This document shows positions 59,561 to 64,000 of a stretch of 64,000 nt of DNA, piece by piece. Source of the stretch: Styela clava (Eukaryota); the NCBI RefSeq assembly GCF_964204865.1, contig NC_135251.1:9486001-9550000 (forward strand). Direction: 5' to 3'. Under the pieces are notes generated by a model. The model searched no databases and was not told where the DNA came from. It worked only from the letters and a program-made list of their open reading frames with translations. A program made the translations under genes and the position numbers. Position 1 is the first letter of the stretch, and each line of letters starts with the position of its first letter.

Positions 59561-60356
59561 TATCTTCGTAAATTTCGGATCTTTTGTATAAATTCCACGT
59601 CACTATAATACAAAATGTGTGATTTGAGAAAAACACACCAGCCACGTTTTAAAATAATAAATTAGTAATTATGCAGTTAGGGTTGGAATTTGGGATTGAT
59701 TTAAAAATTTGAATCTACACGCAATCTGCATTCCTAGTCCTCACTCTAACCCTAACCGGATAATGATTAACTTTTTTTTAGCGTTGGTGGAGGTGTTTTT
59801 TGTAGGAACTTTTTACAAAATATCCGAAATTTTTATGTTAAACACGGATTTGCAACAGGACAAAATTCCATGCTTCACCGCACGCTAGGCACCAGCTGCA
59901 TTTTGCTTGTCTGCTGATAATATTTGACACGATCTTATCTTAATTCAACCCCAATTACTTATTATTCAGGGGCGCAAACCAGAAAGTTTAATAAGGTAAA
60001 ACAGTTGAGCAATTATCGATATATCTTCACACAAGGAATAGTCGAGATCCTTATCGAATCTTCGAATTGATAAATATCTATAAAAACAGCAGCGTTTCGT
60101 AATCTATTCAAATAGAAAATTCGTCATTGCAAACCGCGATATGCGAAACTTTCTGATTGAATTCTGCATTTATTTTTGTCCTGCTCGTTTCGTGGCATTT
60201 TACAAAATTTAAGCTCGAAATAAATGATATTATCTTATTTACATTAAGTGAGTAAATATCTTTCAATTAAATGAGACATGACAAACAAACATACTTATCA
60301 CAAACACAATCGGGCCCGTGAGAAATGTTAGCTCTCTCTCTCTTACGGGCCGCGTC

Positions 60357-60372
60357 GGGGATGTAGCTCATA

Positions 60373-60407
<35 letters not shown>

Positions 60408-60429
60408 GGATCGATGCCCGGCATCTCCA
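60357..60429 (+). tRNA. trnA-AGC: tRNA-Ala(AGC)
   Basis: GGGGATGTAGCTCATATGGTAGAGCGCGCGCTTAGCATGCGCGAGGTACCGGGATCGATGCCCGGCATCTCCA: 73 nt, complete cloverleaf, anticodon arm CGCGC-TTAGCAT-GCGCG, intact A/B boxes, TTTT terminator at ~60437. Confidence 0.96.
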
Positions 60430-63121
60430 TTCGCAACTTTTCACACGCGACACCATTTTGTCCATTCGTGTTGACAAGTGCTTCTCTCCGGTGCAAATTG
60501 TATTCTAATGCATTTCGTGCTGGAAATGTGTCGTATATAATGGGAGTCCTAACACATATATATGCGAATAAATACCATACGGAAAAGTTTTGTTTTGTTG
60601 AGATAATCATAGACGCTCACCGAAAAAATATACCCATTACTAAGATAATATTGATAATACTCCAGTTCGAAGTTTTTCGACTTACTTTGTCGCCCCATTT
60701 TGCGACTGGGTTTACCACAATGTCTAATTGTATTATGCTCTTTCTTAACTCGACAGTGCCAAAATACCATAAATCAGTTATAGAAATCTAGCCAACATTC
60801 AAAAAGTAAAACATTTGTTTGCCGATGTGATGACTGCCTGCTTAGCTCGTGAATTTTATCTCGCTTTTTAAAGAGAAAATTTATAAAGGAAGATTTAGGA
60901 GGCAATCCTGTGGCTTACGTAAAACACATTCTAGAGTTAACGAAGGAAAAGAGAAACCGACTCATAATAAGGTTAATAAAATTTTGCCTAAAGCATGGTT
61001 TGGCACGGAGGTGATATAAAACTGATAGAAGAGTTTATATATACTACTGAAGCTCGGGGAGAATTATAAGTTTGGAAATTATTGTGTTTTTGATTGATTG
61101 CCTGCGCAATTTTGGGCTATGTCAGGCTGCGACATTAATTTTCGTATTCTGGCGGAATTAATAGTTATATAGTCAAGGCTGGGTCTTGAGTAACTAACGA
61201 ATACCTCTCGCCATGTCTTTGAACTCACAAAACAATGAACAATAGACGGCCGAAAGCCCCTTTGCCCAGCTTGGGCCGCATACAGCTAACAATTCTCCAT
61301 TAAATTATATATATATATAAAATGAAGGGTAAATCAAGAAATTGCTCTTACGCAGAATGACGTTTTCTTTGATATAGTCATTTGTCATTCCACAACGCGT
61401 CATATTAAATTTGAAAGCGGCATATACAATAGCAGTAAAGTGGATTAGGTGTACTTGAAAATACGTAGGTGGAATGAATACGTTGAAATGTACTATTGAG
61501 ATGATCGAGCAATATTCAAGTGTAAAAATAAATTGCCCCTAAATTATATACACATACTACATTAAATGTATACTTATGAATAATTATTTCTGCCAGAAAC
61601 AAAGAATTTAATTTGAAATTTAGGTTTTTCCTTATCTCATGCTTTGTAAGGACGAAGGAGTTGAACAAACCGAGACATGAGTGAAAAGTCCAGGAAAATC
61701 ACAGATAATATTCTTACAGGACAAGCTAATACATTTATATTACATGACCCTGTGACCTTTCCAACAAAATCACTCGAATTAAGTTACAAAGTATAATTGA
61801 TTTCATTTTGTAATCGATATGTTCGACATAACATCTAATGTTAGTTGCTGACTCGTAGTAAATTCCCAATGAGACCCATTAAACTTATGCTATCGTTTAT
61901 GACTTGCATATGAACCGTACAAACAGTCAGAGTTCACTGCGTTACGTCATAGTCGTACACTATGCCGGGGGAGGGCCAACGCTTGTTAACTTGTTTAAGC
62001 AAAATCTCTTGTTAACTTGTTTGAGCAAAATCTCCTCAGACCAACCGATGGTAAATTAGGTTGCGGCTACGTGCTGAAGTATAGTGCCTTTGTACGTAAA
62101 TGTTCGGTGGCATGGTAAAGTCTGTCGAAAAAGATTAGCTGTTTATATGAATAATATGCAAAAAAAAAAATATGCGCCGAAGTCATGTAAAAACCTCTAC
62201 AACCAGTCCCTGAAACTGCTCGGAGATATTAGTATAACATAATTTTGGCGTTAATAAACATGAGCGCAATTCGTTACACAATGATATAGATAAGGAAAGT
62301 TCAATAGCTAAGAAAAATTCGTCTTGTATTAAGTCATCTTGCATTTACTTTCAGTGTATTTTAGATACAACTCTCTCGGGAGTTTACGTATTGTTTTTAT
62401 TCGAAGAATGTATTACAACAACCTATTTATGTTCACATGTGTAATGCAATACGAGAATAGCTAGAGTACAGCTATGTACTCATAACAACTGTTGAAGGTA
62501 CCGAAGACGGGCGCTTTTAAATGCAAATGCTTTATATGTTGATAATCACCCTTCTTCAATGCTTCATTAGCACTTCACAAGCATTTAGATTTTAGATCAA
62601 TGATTCTAAGCCAATGGGCCATGGCACACTGCTGGACCGAGACTTTTCAAGCTGGGTGACAAATCTATTATAAATTACTAAAATTATTGATTGATAAATT
62701 AAGTAATTTTGATTGTAATAGCATTGAATGATGATGCTGTTGAGTGGTAATTCACATTCAAGTAGTGGTGAGCTGTAGCCGGAACGCAGCGGAACGGCGT
62801 TCCGGTTGTTGGACATTTTATTGCATTTGCGTTCCTGTTGTTGAAATAAAATTATGGTACAAAAAGTCTAATTTCTCTGGTAATCTTAAGTATTAATTTA
62901 TGTATTGTTACATCATGATTCATAATTCTTTTTACATCACATCACGCAAATAATTAGTACAGCAGTAGCGTGTGATAGATGTTTTCCCGACCATTGACCC
63001 CATGGAAATTCATTCTATACAATTCTACTAATAACATTTGTATTGAATTGGGGTGAGGCTGCAAAGTTGCATGACTCATACCGCATGCCGAAGCCGGAAA
63101 ACTGGCTTCCAGGGTCAGAAG

Positions 63122-63235
63122 TAGAGATGTACCGATGTATCGGTATCGGGTATCGGTATCGGCAATATCGGCCATTTTTTCGGTATCGGCCATGTATCGG
63201 TATCGGTTAGATTAAGGCCGATATTTCCGATATAT
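63122..63235. mobile_element. End of an hAT (Ac-type) element with ATCGG subterminal repeats
   Basis: TAGAGATG terminus followed by a cluster of (T)ATCGG repeats. Confidence 0.6.
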
Positions 63236-63667
63236 TTACCTTTTTGATATGATCCAGAATGTTTTAAAAGATAAGTTGGAATACTACTTTTCAATTTATT
63301 TTTTGTCTGGAGAGATCGTGAGCTATGAGCCATACATGTCCCTACCCCCGCGAGAGAATATGATTCACGTATTTTTAGCTATTTTCGCTGTCAAATTTTT
63401 ATATTGACATTTTTGATATTACATAGTAATTATGAAGAAATATATCAACACGGCACATAACAAAAAGCAATTAGGCGCCCAGTTTTAAATCATACAGTAG
63501 AATTGGGGTCCTTATTTGCGGCACATGGACTTTTGGCACGGGTATAAATTCTGACTGTTTGTCGTCAAGTACGAGTGTCATTCAGTCCGACGACATCGAT
63601 AAACTAAATTCCGACACAATTATCCCTCTACACAGATATTAATTTTGTTTAACAACACAATTTCTTT

Positions 63668-64000
63668 ATAGATATATTGACATGACCGCCTAGCCCTAGA
63701 GGGCCTAGAGTCCTAGACTGTCTCAAAATATATGATGGCAATTGTATAATAATAGAAAATGGTGACCGTACATTTGAACCCATGCGTATATCCACGGGTT
63801 CAATTTATATGCGGGTGCTAAAAGCCTAAAACCCATGGGTTAGGGTTAGTATGGGTTTAACTATCCGTGAAATAAAAAAAATTCCATAGGTGCAATAGCA
63901 TACAGGTGCAGGTTCAGGATAGATATATTGACATGACCGCCTAGCCCTAGAGGGCCTAGAGTCCTAGACTGTCTCAAAATATATGATGGCAATTGTATAA
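63668..64000. repeat. Perfect direct repeat, period 251 bp, running off the window end
   Basis: 63668-63749 is identical to 63919-64000. Confidence 0.9.

Noticed and set aside
60318-60791. 157-aa ORF (and the antisense 80-aa ORF)
   Set aside because: Overlaps the tRNA-Ala gene; no domain or splice support, so a chance ORF.
62954-63333. ORFs with DTDT/IPIP repeats
   Set aside because: Translations of ATCGG subterminal repeats of a hAT end.
1-64000. CRISPR arrays, operons or other prokaryotic systems
   Set aside because: The sequence is intron-containing eukaryotic DNA; no regularly spaced repeat-spacer array was seen.

Overview
Eukaryotic, AT-rich genomic DNA with many short GT-AG introns. 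It is probably from an invertebrate chordate such as an ascidian; this is inferred from a divergent myomesin gene, compact introns and a MITE-rich landscape, and cannot be proven here. (1) Minus strand 53416->21585: a myomesin-family (M-band) gene that I hand-spliced into 42 phase-consistent coding exons (5568 nt, 1855 aa). The order is low-complexity head, 2 Ig, 5 FN3, 5 Ig, acidic tail. Non-vertebrate features are an alternative terminal exon giving a ~612-aa short isoform, a Cys-containing ~100-aa insert between FN3 domains 2 and 3, two ER/K charged helices, three MyBP-C/obscurin-like Ig domains and no recognisable terminal dimerisation Ig. (2) Minus strand ~19400->1: a decaying tandem cluster of signal peptide-EGF(n)-Ig-Ig genes. 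One copy has three intact and three decayed EGF exons plus a single nonsense codon, one is a clear pseudogene, and two further decayed segments are paralogous to each other. (3) An intact tRNA-Ala(AGC) and a small tandem array of tRNA-Ser pseudogenes. (4) Many non-autonomous transposons: hAT elements with 8-bp TSDs, a Merlin-like MITE family carrying YY1 and TTAGGG motifs, a tRNA-derived SINE and a LINE RT remnant. One MITE has an inverted repeat extended ~65 bp into its flank. All homology statements come from recalled family motifs, not database searches.
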